From positions 1 to 64,000 of the forward strand of contig CAVOGR010000012.1 of the NCBI GenBank assembly GCA_963695555.1: DNA of 64,000 bases, written 5' to 3'. The position numbers were made by a program, and so were the translations under genes. The notes beneath the pieces were generated by a model. It was not told the DNA's origin. It saw only the letters and a program-made list of their open reading frames with translations, and ran no database searches. The stretch comes from an uncultured Gemmatimonadales bacterium. GTDB lineage: Bacteria > Gemmatimonadota > Gemmatimonadetes > Gemmatimonadales > GWC2-71-9. The first letter of the stretch is position 1, and every line of letters begins with the position of its first letter. Of the stretch, positions 40,427 to 50,186 are shown in pieces.

Positions 40427-41725
40427 ATGTCCGTGACCTCTGAGACTCGAAAGAGCTGGCAAGTCTGCGCGACGTGCGGGGATCGCCTATCCGAGTTGGA
40501 TTCCTCCGCTCGGTGCGACTGCGGCGGTCTGCTCGATATCGTCCACCCCGCTCCACCATCGACGGGCGAAGAACTCCGCGGACTTCTCGATGCACGTCGG
40601 ACAGCATTCGAGGGACCTGCCGCTTCCGGCGTCTGGCGCTTCCGCGACTTGGTCCTTCCGTCCGCCGGCCTCGACGTCGTCAGCTATCCGGAAGGGAATA
40701 CACCCCTCCTCGAGCGCCGATCAATCAGCCGCTGGGCCGGGGTAACGCGTCTCGAACTCAAGCACGAAGGGCATAACCCGACGGGATCGTTCAAGGACCG
40801 AGGCATGACGGTGGGCATCACGCAGGCGCAGCGGATCCAAACGCCTGCCGTGGCGTGCGCATCGACCGGCAACACGGCGGCATCACTGGCGGCCTACGCG
40901 GCCACCGCAGGAGTGCGATGCCTAGTGCTGGTACCCAAGGGTCGGATCGCCGGGGGCAAGCTGGCGCAGGCGTTGGCCTATGGGGCGACGACCCTGCTCG
41001 TTCGGGACGGGTTCGACGGCTGTCTTGCCCTCATTGATCGAGCGTCCAGAGAGCTGGGAGTGTATCTCCTCAATTCCATCAATCCGTTCCGGATCGAGGG
41101 TCAAAAGACCATCATGTTCGAGCTGCTGCAGCAGCTCGCCTGGTCGACGCCGGACTGGCTCGTCGTGCCCGCAGGCAACCTTGGCAACACCGCCGCGTTT
41201 GGAAAGGCATTCCGGGAGGCGGTCGAGTGGGGTCTGATCGAGCGCTGTCCCCGAATGGCCGCCGTCCAGGCCGAAGGGGCGGCGCCGTTTGCGCAGAGCT
41301 ATCGTGAGGGATTTGCCAGACGCCATGAGGTCACTCCCGACACCGTCGCGACCGCGATCCGGATCGGCAACCCCGCGTCCTACGACCGCGCGGTACGCGC
41401 GATCCGAGAAACGGACGGCGTCGTCACGACAGCCACAGATCACGAGATCCTCGAGGCGAAGGCGGTGGTCGACGCGGCCGGCATTGGCTGCGAGCCGGCG
41501 AGCGCGGCAGCCGTGGCCGGCGTGCGGCGACTGGTGCGCGACGGGGTGATTGATCCCAGCCAACGGGTTGTCGCGGTCCTGACCGGCCACATCCTGAAGG
41601 ACCCCGAACTATTGCTCGCGTATCACCAGACGACAGAGCCGGCCCCCCCGAAGGCGAACCGGCCCATTGAAATCGATGCGGATCTGGATCAGCTGGCCCG
41701 CGTGCTCGATCGCTCGGCACGCTGA
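40427..41725 (+). CDS. thrC: Threonine synthase
   Basis: NPTGSFKDRG, CASTGNT, LNSINPFRIEGQKT, EPASAA, TGHILKD. Confidence 0.95.
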   Translation: MSVTSETRKSWQVCATCGDRLSELDSSARCDCGGLLDIVHPAPPSTGEELRGLLDARRTAFEGPAASGVWRFRDLVLPSAGLDVVSYPEGNTPLLERRSISRWAGVTRLELKHEGHNPTGSFKDRGMTVGITQAQRIQTPAVACASTGNTAASLAAYAATAGVRCLVLVPKGRIAGGKLAQALAYGATTLLVRDGFDGCLALIDRASRELGVYLLNSINPFRIEGQKTIMFELLQQLAWSTPDWLVVPAGNLGNTAAFGKAFREAVEWGLIERCPRMAAVQAEGAAPFAQSYREGFARRHEVTPDTVATAIRIGNPASYDRAVRAIRETDGVVTTATDHEILEAKAVVDAAGIGCEPASAAAVAGVRRLVRDGVIDPSQRVVAVLTGHILKDPELLLAYHQTTEPAPPKANRPIEIDADLDQLARVLDRSAR

Positions 41726-41746
41726 GCCTCTGCCCCTCGGTGTCTC

Positions 41747-42328
41747 CTACCCCTCTTCAGTCTGGTGCTCGTGGCTGCCGGCGATCTTGTCGATGGCCTT
41801 CTCGAGCTCGGTATAGGCCGTTGGGTCGACCTCGCGAAACGGGATCTGCCGGTACCCGATGGTGCCGTCGGGCGCGATCACAAACAGGTTCCGATTGTTG
41901 GTCCGACCGCTCGGGCTCATGGCGCCGTACAGCCGGCCAACCGCACTGCCGGGATCGCTCAGGAACGTGAACGGGAACCCTTCGTCCTTGGCCCAGGATG
42001 CCTGGGCCTCCGCTGGATCGGAGCTGATCGCGAGCAGAACCACGTCATCGCCATCATTGAACAGTGTCGCGTACTGATCACGGTACGCTTTCATTTGGAT
42101 GGTTCAGCCAGGGGTCCTCACCCGGTAGAAGAACGCAAGGACCACGGTTTTCCCGGCGAAGTCGCCCAACCGCACCGTGTCCGGCAGGACGCCCTCGCGG
42201 GTCGAGCCCACCAGCGTGAACTCCGGGGCGACCGTTCCGACCTCGAGCGGCGCTTGGGCCTCGAGCGCACCGGCCGCGAACACGCACCCGAGCCCGGCTG
42301 TTGCCAACGCAAGTCCTATTGGTCTCAC
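41747..42328 (-). CDS. Exported peroxiredoxin (Bcp/AhpC-TSA) with in-frame UGA at the peroxidatic position; probable selenoprotein
   Basis: ORFs 42104-42379 and 41747-42094 share a frame: VVLAFFYRVRTPG-[TGA]-TIQMKAYRD. GGAGGA SD before GTG 42328; signal peptide; SECIS-like hairpin. Confidence 0.85.
42069..42088 (-). promoter_or_regulatory. Candidate bacterial SECIS hairpin
   Basis: GCGUAC-CGUGAUCA-GUACGC, beginning 15 nt after the UGA. Confidence 0.55.
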
Positions 42329-42379
42329 ACGATCCTCCATCGGCATATGTTGCTGCCTACCGCCCCACGCTCCTACCAC

Positions 42380-43609
42380 CTACTCGCTGCCCTCCATCAT
42401 TACCCGCCAGATCTTCTGATCCCGGTCCGAGGCGATGTAGAGCGACCCGTCCGGACCCATCGCGACGCCCGACGCGCGAAGACTGGTCGGCCCGGCGGCC
42501 CCGGTGGCGAAGGTCGAGTATTCACCCGTGGGCCGGCCGTTCGCAAACGGAATGTACACCACCCGGTATCCGGCTTGTGGCAAGGGCGCCCGGTTCCATG
42601 AACCGTGGAACGCAAGGAAGGCACCGCCCTGGTACTCGGAACCCAACGCGGGCATGGTGTTGAAGGCCAGGGCCATCGGGGCCCAATGGGCCGGAAAGCC
42701 GATGATCGGGTCTTTCATTTCAGCGCACCGGCCCACCGCTCGTCCATCCCCGCCATACTCGGGCGCCAGGACCTTGGTCTGGGTCTGTGGGTCGTAGTAA
42801 CAGTAGGGCCAGCCGTAGTCGTCGCCCTTGGCGGCGACGCCGAACTCCTCGGCTGGCAGTTCCGCGTTCTGTTCGGCGGTGAATCCCCAGTTGGCGCTCA
42901 GCTGGTCGCGCCCATGTGACGCAAAGTAGAGCTCACCGGTCGACGGGTGAACCGCCAGGGCCATAGGGTTCCGCAGCCCGGTGGTCCACCGCTCTCCGTC
43001 CGACGGTGCTTGATCGAGCTTAGCGGCATCGAACCGCCAGATGCCGGCGCGCTCCTCGAGTTCCGTGCAGGGCATCCGTCCCGGTGACCGTGCGCTCCGA
43101 TCCTGTGCCTGGCAGCTGTTGCTCCTCGATCCGAAGTCGACGAAGAGCGATCCGTCCGGCCCGACCGCCATGGTCTTGGCGGCATGTCCGCCGGTCGGGA
43201 GGCCCGTGACAACCGTCTCGGGTTGGTCCGAGGGCACGAGGGCCCCGTTCGCCAACCGGTACCGTACGATCCGGTCGTTCGGCGCGAAGTATAGGTAACC
43301 ACCGTGGAGCGTCACGCCTGTTCCCGAGGCGCGCCCGATTGGACGGAGCATGTCCGCCTTGCCGTCACCGTCGGTGTCGCGAAGGGCCAAGAGGCCGCCT
43401 CCGCCACGTCCGCCAACGCCGGCGTAGATGTCGCCATTATCCGCTACCACAATGTGTCGCACGGCGCCTAGCCGCTCGCCCACCAGGAGAGCGCAGTAGC
43501 CGGCGGGAAGCACCAAGCCCGCGTTGCCTGGATCGCACACCGGACGTACTTGGGCCTGCACGAAGGTGCAGGGGACGATGACCAGGACTAGGAGGCTGAA
43601 ACGGGGCAT
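42380..43609 (-). CDS. PQQ-dependent sugar/sorbosone dehydrogenase family protein
   Basis: Signal peptide, GLRNPMAL, DYGWPYCY, AHWAPM, FHGSWNR. Confidence 0.88.
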   Translation of the reverse strand: MPRFSLLVLVIVPCTFVQAQVRPVCDPGNAGLVLPAGYCALLVGERLGAVRHIVVADNGDIYAGVGGRGGGGLLALRDTDGDGKADMLRPIGRASGTGVTLHGGYLYFAPNDRIVRYRLANGALVPSDQPETVVTGLPTGGHAAKTMAVGPDGSLFVDFGSRSNSCQAQDRSARSPGRMPCTELEERAGIWRFDAAKLDQAPSDGERWTTGLRNPMALAVHPSTGELYFASHGRDQLSANWGFTAEQNAELPAEEFGVAAKGDDYGWPYCYYDPQTQTKVLAPEYGGDGRAVGRCAEMKDPIIGFPAHWAPMALAFNTMPALGSEYQGGAFLAFHGSWNRAPLPQAGYRVVYIPFANGRPTGEYSTFATGAAGPTSLRASGVAMGPDGSLYIASDRDQKIWRVMMEGSE

Positions 43610-43651
43610 GCGTTCTCCAGCAAGGAACATGGAATGTAGAATAGCATCAGG

Positions 43652-45082
43652 TCAGCGCCCTTCTGGTGGGCTGGCCGGATCGATGCTCCCAGACACGATC
43701 GAGGCTTCGATCTCGGTTAGAAGGTCCGCTCTCGTGGCCCTATCGAACACTCTCCCCGCCGCAATCACGGTCTCGATCCGTCGCGTATTCGCCACGTCGG
43801 CAAGAGGGTCGGCGCTGAGCAGAACTAGGTCTGCGCGCTTTCCTCGCTCGATCGTCCCCGTCTCCGCCTCCATTCCCATGAAGGCCGCCGGAAGAGCTGT
43901 GGCGCTCTGCAGCGCCTCCATTGGCGTCATCCCGTAGTCTTGCACCAATAACGCGAGCTCGTCATGGAGGCTGAAGCCCAGGTATGTGCCCGTGGTCGGG
44001 ACATCGGTGCCCGCCAACATCTTCACGCCCGCCTGCCTTGCCTCGTACAGGAAGTGATTACTGCTCGCGATCATCTGCCCGATGACCTCCGGCGGCGGAC
44101 GCTCCCTATCGGCAGCATTGAAGGCAACTGTCTTGATCCACCCACGACGAATACTCGGAGATACATATCGGTTGCGGGAGTCGAGATTACCCCCGGTGTC
44201 CTTCACGATGGCGCTGACCCTATCGAGGGGCAGAGTTTCCATCTCATTCGTCACAAGAGTGGGCACCAGATGGGTGTCGTTTCGGAGCAGAGCTTGGAAG
44301 ATCGCGCGCTTCTCCTCAAGAGATCTCTCGTTGAACCCGGGCAAGATGTTGTGCTCGATGCTTCGCTGTCCGCCGTCGGCGCTCTCCTCGAGGCTCATGA
44401 TCCAGACGTAGTGACCGACGAGGTGGGTCCCAGCCTCGGCGGCCGCGTCCGCGATCGCGGCGAAGACCTCGGGCGACTCGGCGTGCCGGATCTTTATGAA
44501 ATCAGCCCCTCCAGCTATCAAAGAGTCCACGACGGCCCTGGCCTCTGTCGGGTCCGCCGTTGTGATCCTGGTGCGTAGAAACTCCTCGACCTCCGCCTCA
44601 TCCTGGCCACGCTCCTGCATCAGGTCGACGTACTGTGCGACCCATCGTGAGCTCTCGACCATCATGCCCGAGGTTCTTATGTCGGGGCCCACGAGGCTTC
44701 CATCTCTGACTCGCTCCCTCAACTCCACCGTCTTCTCGAGCTCGCTGCCCATATCGCGGACAGCGGTTATCCCGTTGATGATGAAAAGGGGAAGGGTGCC
44801 GTCCAGGTCCCGCAGGTGCACGTGCATGTCCCACAAGCCGGGGATGAGGAACTTACCGGTCCCGTCGATGACCCGTGCTGAAGAGGAAAAGTGCACGGAG
44901 TCTTCTTTGCCGACGGCACGGATTCGGCCCTGCTCGATGACGACGGTCATGCCGGATTGCGGACCGGCGCCCGTTCCATCGATGACAGTCACGTTACGAA
45001 TAGCCAAGACCCCGGGTTGCTTCGAGCAACCGGATGAGAATGAGAGCCCCAGAATCAAGGCCAGTACACCGGTATGCTTCAT
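43652..45082 (-). CDS. Amidohydrolase family lipoprotein
   Basis: PGLWDMHVH, FIKI, SIEH, AGTD, GKRADLVLL; FSSGC lipobox; GGAGG SD. Confidence 0.88.
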   Translation of the reverse strand: MKHTGVLALILGLSFSSGCSKQPGVLAIRNVTVIDGTGAGPQSGMTVVIEQGRIRAVGKEDSVHFSSSARVIDGTGKFLIPGLWDMHVHLRDLDGTLPLFIINGITAVRDMGSELEKTVELRERVRDGSLVGPDIRTSGMMVESSRWVAQYVDLMQERGQDEAEVEEFLRTRITTADPTEARAVVDSLIAGGADFIKIRHAESPEVFAAIADAAAEAGTHLVGHYVWIMSLEESADGGQRSIEHNILPGFNERSLEEKRAIFQALLRNDTHLVPTLVTNEMETLPLDRVSAIVKDTGGNLDSRNRYVSPSIRRGWIKTVAFNAADRERPPPEVIGQMIASSNHFLYEARQAGVKMLAGTDVPTTGTYLGFSLHDELALLVQDYGMTPMEALQSATALPAAFMGMEAETGTIERGKRADLVLLSADPLADVANTRRIETVIAAGRVFDRATRADLLTEIEASIVSGSIDPASPPEGR

Positions 45083-45274
45083 GGGACCTCCCCGTACGGC
45101 GAGCGACGACGTGACGCGAGGGATGACAAATCGCCCACCCTTGGACTGATGAGCGCAGGGGAAGTGTGGGGGACAGGAAGTGGGTTTGGCAACAGGAGGG
45201 TGATGGTGACCCAGGGACCGCGCTCGGCGACGCGTTGCTTCCAGGTAGACTGGGGCGCCTCTATCTTCCCGCCC

Positions 45275-46954
45275 ATGACCACACACCAGTACATCTTCAC
45301 CATGGTCGACCTGCGGAAGGTCGTCCCGCCCAAACGTGAGATCCTCAAGGGCATCAACCTGGCCTTCTTCCCGGGCGCCAAGATCGGCGTTCTGGGGGCG
45401 AACGGCGCAGGCAAGAGTTCCCTGCTCCGCATCATGGCGGGCGTGGACCAGGACTTCATTGGCGAGGCCCGCCCGGCACCAGACATTCGGATCGGGTTCT
45501 TGCCGCAGGAACCCGAACTCGATGCGAGCAAGACCGTCCGCGAAAACGTCGAGCAGGCCGTGGCGTCGACCAGGGCCCTGTTGAGGGAGTACGAGGCGAT
45601 CAGCGCCCAGTTTGCGGAGCCGATGTCGGACGACGAGATGACGGCACTGCTCGAGCGTCAGGGTGACCTCCAGACCCACATCGAAGCAATCGGAGCCTGG
45701 GACCTCGACCGGAAGATCGACATCGCGATGGACGCCCTCCGGTTGCCGCCGGGAGAAGCCGGCGTCACCAATCTTTCCGGCGGCGAGAAGCGGCGCGTGG
45801 CGCTCTGCCGCGTGCTGCTCGAGCAGCCCGACCTGCTGCTCCTGGATGAGCCCACCAATCATCTCGATGCCGAGTCGGTTGCCTGGCTCGAGCGCCACTT
45901 GGCAGAGTTCCCGGGCACGGTGGTGGCCGTGACCCACGACCGGTACTTCCTCGACAATGTGGCCGGCTGGATTCTCGAGCTCGACCGCGGAGCCGGGATT
46001 CCCTGGAAGGGGAACTACTCCTCCTGGCTCGACCAGAAGCGCCAGCGGCTCGCGGTGGAGGAGAAACAGGCCTCAGCACGACAGCGCACCCTGGAGCGCG
46101 AGCTCGAATGGATCCACATGGCACCGCGGGCGCGGCGTGCCAAGTCGAAGGCCCGCATCTCCGCCTACGAATCGCTCTTGGCCGAGGGCCAGCAGGACCA
46201 GGAAGGCAAGGCCGAGATCCTGATTCCCACGCCGGAGCGCCTCGGCGATCAGGTCGTGGTGGCGGAGGGCTTGCGGAAGGGCTACGGCGATACGCTGTTG
46301 ATCGATGACTTGAGTTTTGCCTTGCCGCCCGGTGGCATTGTGGGCGTGATCGGTCCGAATGGCGCGGGGAAGACGACGCTCTTTCGGATGATCGTGGGTG
46401 CGGAAGCGCCGGACAGCGGAGCGCTCACCGTCGGCTCGACCGTAGCAATCGCCTACGTCGATCAATCGCGCGAAGCCCTCGAGCCCGACCACACCGTGTA
46501 CCAGGAGATCTCGGGCGGCGTGGACGAATTCGAGTTTGGCAAGCGGACCGTCAACGCGCGGGCTTATGCTGCGGGGTTCAATTTCCGCGGCGCGGACCAG
46601 CAGAAGCGGGTCGGCGATCTATCGGGCGGCGAACGGAACCGGCTCCATTTGGCGAAGCTGCTCAAGAGCGGGGGCAACTTGTTGCTGTTGGACGAGCCGA
46701 CCAACGATCTCGACGTCGATACCCTTCGGGCATTGGAGGACGCATTGCTCCGCTTTGCAGGCTGCGCCGTGGTGATCAGCCACGATCGGTGGTTTCTCGA
46801 CCGGGTCGCGACCCACATGCTCGCCTTCGAAGGCAATAGCGAGGCGATCTGGTTCGAAGGGAATTATCAAGACTACGCCGCCGACTACAAACGGCGAAAG
46901 GGCGCGGACGTCGACCGACCCCACCGGATCAAGTACAAGAAGCTGGTGCACTGA
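45275..46954 (+). CDS. ettA: Energy-dependent translational throttle protein (ABC-F)
   Basis: FFPGAKIGVLGANGAGKS, two ABC domains, LERELEWI, C-terminal PHRIKYKKL. Confidence 0.95.
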   Translation: MTTHQYIFTMVDLRKVVPPKREILKGINLAFFPGAKIGVLGANGAGKSSLLRIMAGVDQDFIGEARPAPDIRIGFLPQEPELDASKTVRENVEQAVASTRALLREYEAISAQFAEPMSDDEMTALLERQGDLQTHIEAIGAWDLDRKIDIAMDALRLPPGEAGVTNLSGGEKRRVALCRVLLEQPDLLLLDEPTNHLDAESVAWLERHLAEFPGTVVAVTHDRYFLDNVAGWILELDRGAGIPWKGNYSSWLDQKRQRLAVEEKQASARQRTLERELEWIHMAPRARRAKSKARISAYESLLAEGQQDQEGKAEILIPTPERLGDQVVVAEGLRKGYGDTLLIDDLSFALPPGGIVGVIGPNGAGKTTLFRMIVGAEAPDSGALTVGSTVAIAYVDQSREALEPDHTVYQEISGGVDEFEFGKRTVNARAYAAGFNFRGADQQKRVGDLSGGERNRLHLAKLLKSGGNLLLLDEPTNDLDVDTLRALEDALLRFAGCAVVISHDRWFLDRVATHMLAFEGNSEAIWFEGNYQDYAADYKRRKGADVDRPHRIKYKKLVH

Positions 46955-46980
46955 ACCGGCAGGGTTCTCCGGCAGGAAGG

Positions 46981-48063
46981 TCAGCGCGGTCCTAAGATCG
47001 GGATCTCAAACGGCGCCTGGACCATGATCCGGTAGGAGTATTCCCAGTTCGTTCCGGAAATCGCCTTGCTCGTATCATTGTCGATTTTGTGGAACCGCAG
47101 CTCCACTCGAAAATGAACGGCCTCATCGATCGTCATCCGGCGGATGAAGCCGATCTCGGTATAGCGCCGCTCTGAGCGGTAGAAGGTCGGATCGAACCCG
47201 ACTGAGTTGTAGTTGTTGTCGCCTTCCTCCGACAAGAAATCGCGGCCCCACCAGAGAACGGTGAAAAACTCGCCCAACGGAGGCGTGACCGAAGCCTTCA
47301 GGTAGGTTCCATGACCCTTCTCGGGTCGGCCGGGCGGCGGGTCGGTCGCGAAGATCCCGCTGCTCCACAACTGAAAGAGCGCGAGACTGCCCTGCCGCAC
47401 TACGGGGAGTGCTGCGGTGAGCCTGATCCCCGGCCCTCCCGCAAAATTGTTGGTGACCGGGACGCCGGCGCTGAAGAGCTGGCCGCCACGATGCTTGCCG
47501 TGCCCTTGGTACTCGAGCGCCAAGAATGGGAGCGGCCGCACGCGAACCACCAACCCGTAGTCGAAGACCTCCCGACTCTCTGCGGTGTTGAGCACCTGCC
47601 AGTTGATGAACGCCTCAGCGTCCACGTGCTCCCGCCGCTCGACCCACTGGAGGCCATACTCGACCGGCCGAGTGATCTCGAGCGTCGTGACCTGAAGCGG
47701 CTCCAGAAACCCGTGCCGGTTCGCGGTCTCCAGGGTGCCTAGCACGCCGAGCGAGTGATCGGTGCGATAGCGGAAAGACAGGAGCGGTTTCACAGGATCG
47801 AGGAACTCGTCACTGCCGCTCCGCTGATCGCCGAATACCCCCGCGAGTACCTCAGTGTGTTCGCTGGTCTTGAAACGCAAGAAGCTCTTGAATTGTCCGC
47901 CAAGGAGGGTCTCCCCCTCGCGGAATGGCGTGAAGAACTCCGTGTTGTCGCCGTAGAACGTGAATTCGTTCCGCCAAACGAGCCGTTGAGCTGCCAACCG
48001 CGGGGCGGCCCATGGCACGATGGCCAACATGAATACGAAGGCGCGGGAAATGATTCTGATCAT
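46981..48063 (-). CDS. Hypothetical exported protein, possibly an outer-membrane beta-barrel
   Basis: Signal peptide and aromatic-rich alternating strands. Confidence 0.65.
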   Translation of the reverse strand: MIRIISRAFVFMLAIVPWAAPRLAAQRLVWRNEFTFYGDNTEFFTPFREGETLLGGQFKSFLRFKTSEHTEVLAGVFGDQRSGSDEFLDPVKPLLSFRYRTDHSLGVLGTLETANRHGFLEPLQVTTLEITRPVEYGLQWVERREHVDAEAFINWQVLNTAESREVFDYGLVVRVRPLPFLALEYQGHGKHRGGQLFSAGVPVTNNFAGGPGIRLTAALPVVRQGSLALFQLWSSGIFATDPPPGRPEKGHGTYLKASVTPPLGEFFTVLWWGRDFLSEEGDNNYNSVGFDPTFYRSERRYTEIGFIRRMTIDEAVHFRVELRFHKIDNDTSKAISGTNWEYSYRIMVQAPFEIPILGPR

Positions 48064-48070
48064 TCCGAGT

Positions 48071-49234
48071 TCACCGGCCCCCGCGGCAGAACTGGTAGAT
48101 GAGGCGGTCCAAGATCCCCGAAGCGGCAATGAACTCCCGTACAGGGAGGGATTCATTGGGTTTGTGCGCCACGGCGATGTCACCCGGCCCGAACACCACG
48201 CACTCGAGGCCCGCATGCTGCAACCAGCCGGCGTCGGTGGCGTACGACACGCTGTCCGGGCCGTTGCCCTGTGCCTCCCGTTGCACCGCTTGGAAGATCT
48301 CCGCCTGGGGGTCGAGCAGCAGCGCCGGGCTCTCACTGGTGCACTCGAACGCAAACTGGGTGTCTCCCAACGCCTCCGCCAGGAGATGCCCGAGGTGGTC
48401 TCGAATCACTCGAATCTCGGTTCCCGGCAAGACGCGGACGTCGAAGGCGATCGCGCATCGGTCCGGCACGACGTTCACCGCCACCCCGCCAGCAATCCGG
48501 CCGATGTTGAGCGTGAGGTGCGGCACGTCCGGAAAATGCCGCCCGGCGTCGGGCCGCTCGTCCCGCCACCGGTCGCGCAATGCGGCCAGCGCCACGATCG
48601 CCCGGCCGGCAGGTTCGATCGCGTTGGTGCCCAGGTGGGGGTAGCCACTGTGCGCGCTCGTGCCGTGGAACTCGAGCCGGAACTCCAGGTGCCCCTTGTG
48701 AATCCGCACCGCGCTGAGCGACGTGGGCTCGCCGATAATGGCGTGCCTCGGCAGGCTGGAGCGATCCTGCCAGGATTGGACGAAGTGCTTGGCGCCGACC
48801 GTCCCGACCTCTTCGTCATAGGTCAGCAACACGGCCAGCGGCTGGCGAAGCTCCGCGCGCGCCACAAGAGCGGCACGATTGATGGCGAGCGCCAGGAATC
48901 CCTTCATGTCGCAGGCCCCGCGCGCCACATAGGCGTCCCCGCGCTCGGTCAGGCGGAACGGGTCCGTGTCCCACTCCGTCGGGTCGGCCGGGACGACATC
49001 CATGTGGCCGGAGAGTACGAGGCCGTCGCGCCGCTCGGGGTCCGTCTCGGGGCCCACGAAGACCAGGACATTGGCCTTCTCCCCATCGGGCGACGGCACG
49101 CGGTGGACACGGATGCCAGGCCGGTCCAGATAGTCACAAATAAAATCGGCGATCGGCAGGTTGCTGTTCCGGCTGGTGGAATCGAATCCCACCAGTCGGG
49201 CCAGCAGCTGCTCGTCGGTCAGTAGGGCGGTCAC
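48071..49234 (-). CDS. argE: Acetylornithine deacetylase (M20 family)
   Basis: LSGHMDVVP, RGACDMKG, YDEEVG, IIGEPT, AHKPNE. Confidence 0.88.
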   Translation of the reverse strand: MTALLTDEQLLARLVGFDSTSRNSNLPIADFICDYLDRPGIRVHRVPSPDGEKANVLVFVGPETDPERRDGLVLSGHMDVVPADPTEWDTDPFRLTERGDAYVARGACDMKGFLALAINRAALVARAELRQPLAVLLTYDEEVGTVGAKHFVQSWQDRSSLPRHAIIGEPTSLSAVRIHKGHLEFRLEFHGTSAHSGYPHLGTNAIEPAGRAIVALAALRDRWRDERPDAGRHFPDVPHLTLNIGRIAGGVAVNVVPDRCAIAFDVRVLPGTEIRVIRDHLGHLLAEALGDTQFAFECTSESPALLLDPQAEIFQAVQREAQGNGPDSVSYATDAGWLQHAGLECVVFGPGDIAVAHKPNESLPVREFIAASGILDRLIYQFCRGGR

Positions 49235-49298
49235 GGGGTGAAGTCTGCCGGTGAATGCGCGGTGCGACAAGGGGGACGGGCGTGTTATACTTGCCGCC

Positions 49299-50186
49299 AT
49301 GTCGACGACGTCGCCGGGCACGGTCTCGCTGGGACTGGTCCAAATGCGCTGTTCGCCCGATCCCGAGGTCAACCTCGTGGCCGGCATCGAGCGGATACGC
49401 CTCGCGGCCGAACGGGGCGGGCAGATCATCTGCCTCCAGGAGCTCTTCAAGTCCCAGTATTTCTGCCAGACGGCGGATCATCGGCACTTTGACCTGGCCG
49501 AGCCGATTCCGGGCCCCTCGACCGAGGCGCTCACGCCCCTCGCCCGAGAACTCGGCATCGTCATCGTGGCGTCGCTGTTCGAGAAGCGCGCCGAGGGCGT
49601 CTACCACAACACCGCTGTGGTGATCGACGCCGACGGTCGGCTCGTCGGCAAGTACCGGAAGATGCATATTCCCGACGACCCGAGGTACCACGAGAAGTTC
49701 TATTTCGCACCGGGCGACCTCGGCTTTCGGAGCTGGGACACGCGCTTCGGCCGGATCGGCGTCTTGGTTTGCTGGGACCAGTGGTATCCCGAGGCGGCTC
49801 GACTCACGGCGCTCAGCGGGGCGCAGATCCTGTTCTATCCCACGGCAATTGGCTGGCTCCCCGAGGAAAAGGCGGCCGTCGGCGCCGCGCAGCAATCGGC
49901 CTGGGAGACCATGCAACGAGCCCACGCGATCGCCAACGGCGTGTACGTCGCTGCGGTCAACCGCGTTGGTCACGAAGGCAGCAGCGAGGGTGGGATCGAG
50001 TTCTGGGGCGGGAGTTTCGTCAGCGATCCCTACGGCAGCGTGCTCCAGCGTGCCGGGCACGAGGAAGAGGTCATGATCGTCCCGTGTGCGCTGAGCGCGG
50101 TCGAGACAGCGCGGACCCACTGGCCATTCCTCAGGGATCGCCGAATCGACGCTTACCAGGGCCTCACCGAGCGGTATCTGGATTGA
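49299..50186 (+). CDS. aguB: Carbon-nitrogen hydrolase, N-carbamoylputrescine amidase
   Basis: CLQELF, YRKMHIPDDP, VCWDQWYPE (E-K-C triad); coupled to agmatine deiminase. Confidence 0.88.
   Translation: MSTTSPGTVSLGLVQMRCSPDPEVNLVAGIERIRLAAERGGQIICLQELFKSQYFCQTADHRHFDLAEPIPGPSTEALTPLARELGIVIVASLFEKRAEGVYHNTAVVIDADGRLVGKYRKMHIPDDPRYHEKFYFAPGDLGFRSWDTRFGRIGVLVCWDQWYPEAARLTALSGAQILFYPTAIGWLPEEKAAVGAAQQSAWETMQRAHAIANGVYVAAVNRVGHEGSSEGGIEFWGGSFVSDPYGSVLQRAGHEEEVMIVPCALSAVETARTHWPFLRDRRIDAYQGLTERYLD

Noticed and set aside
43652..45937. 761-aa ORF and many other long antisense or overlapping ORFs in the track
   Set aside because: The upstream part is the antisense shadow of ettA. GC-rich sequence makes such shadow ORFs common, and the real amidohydrolase starts at 45082.
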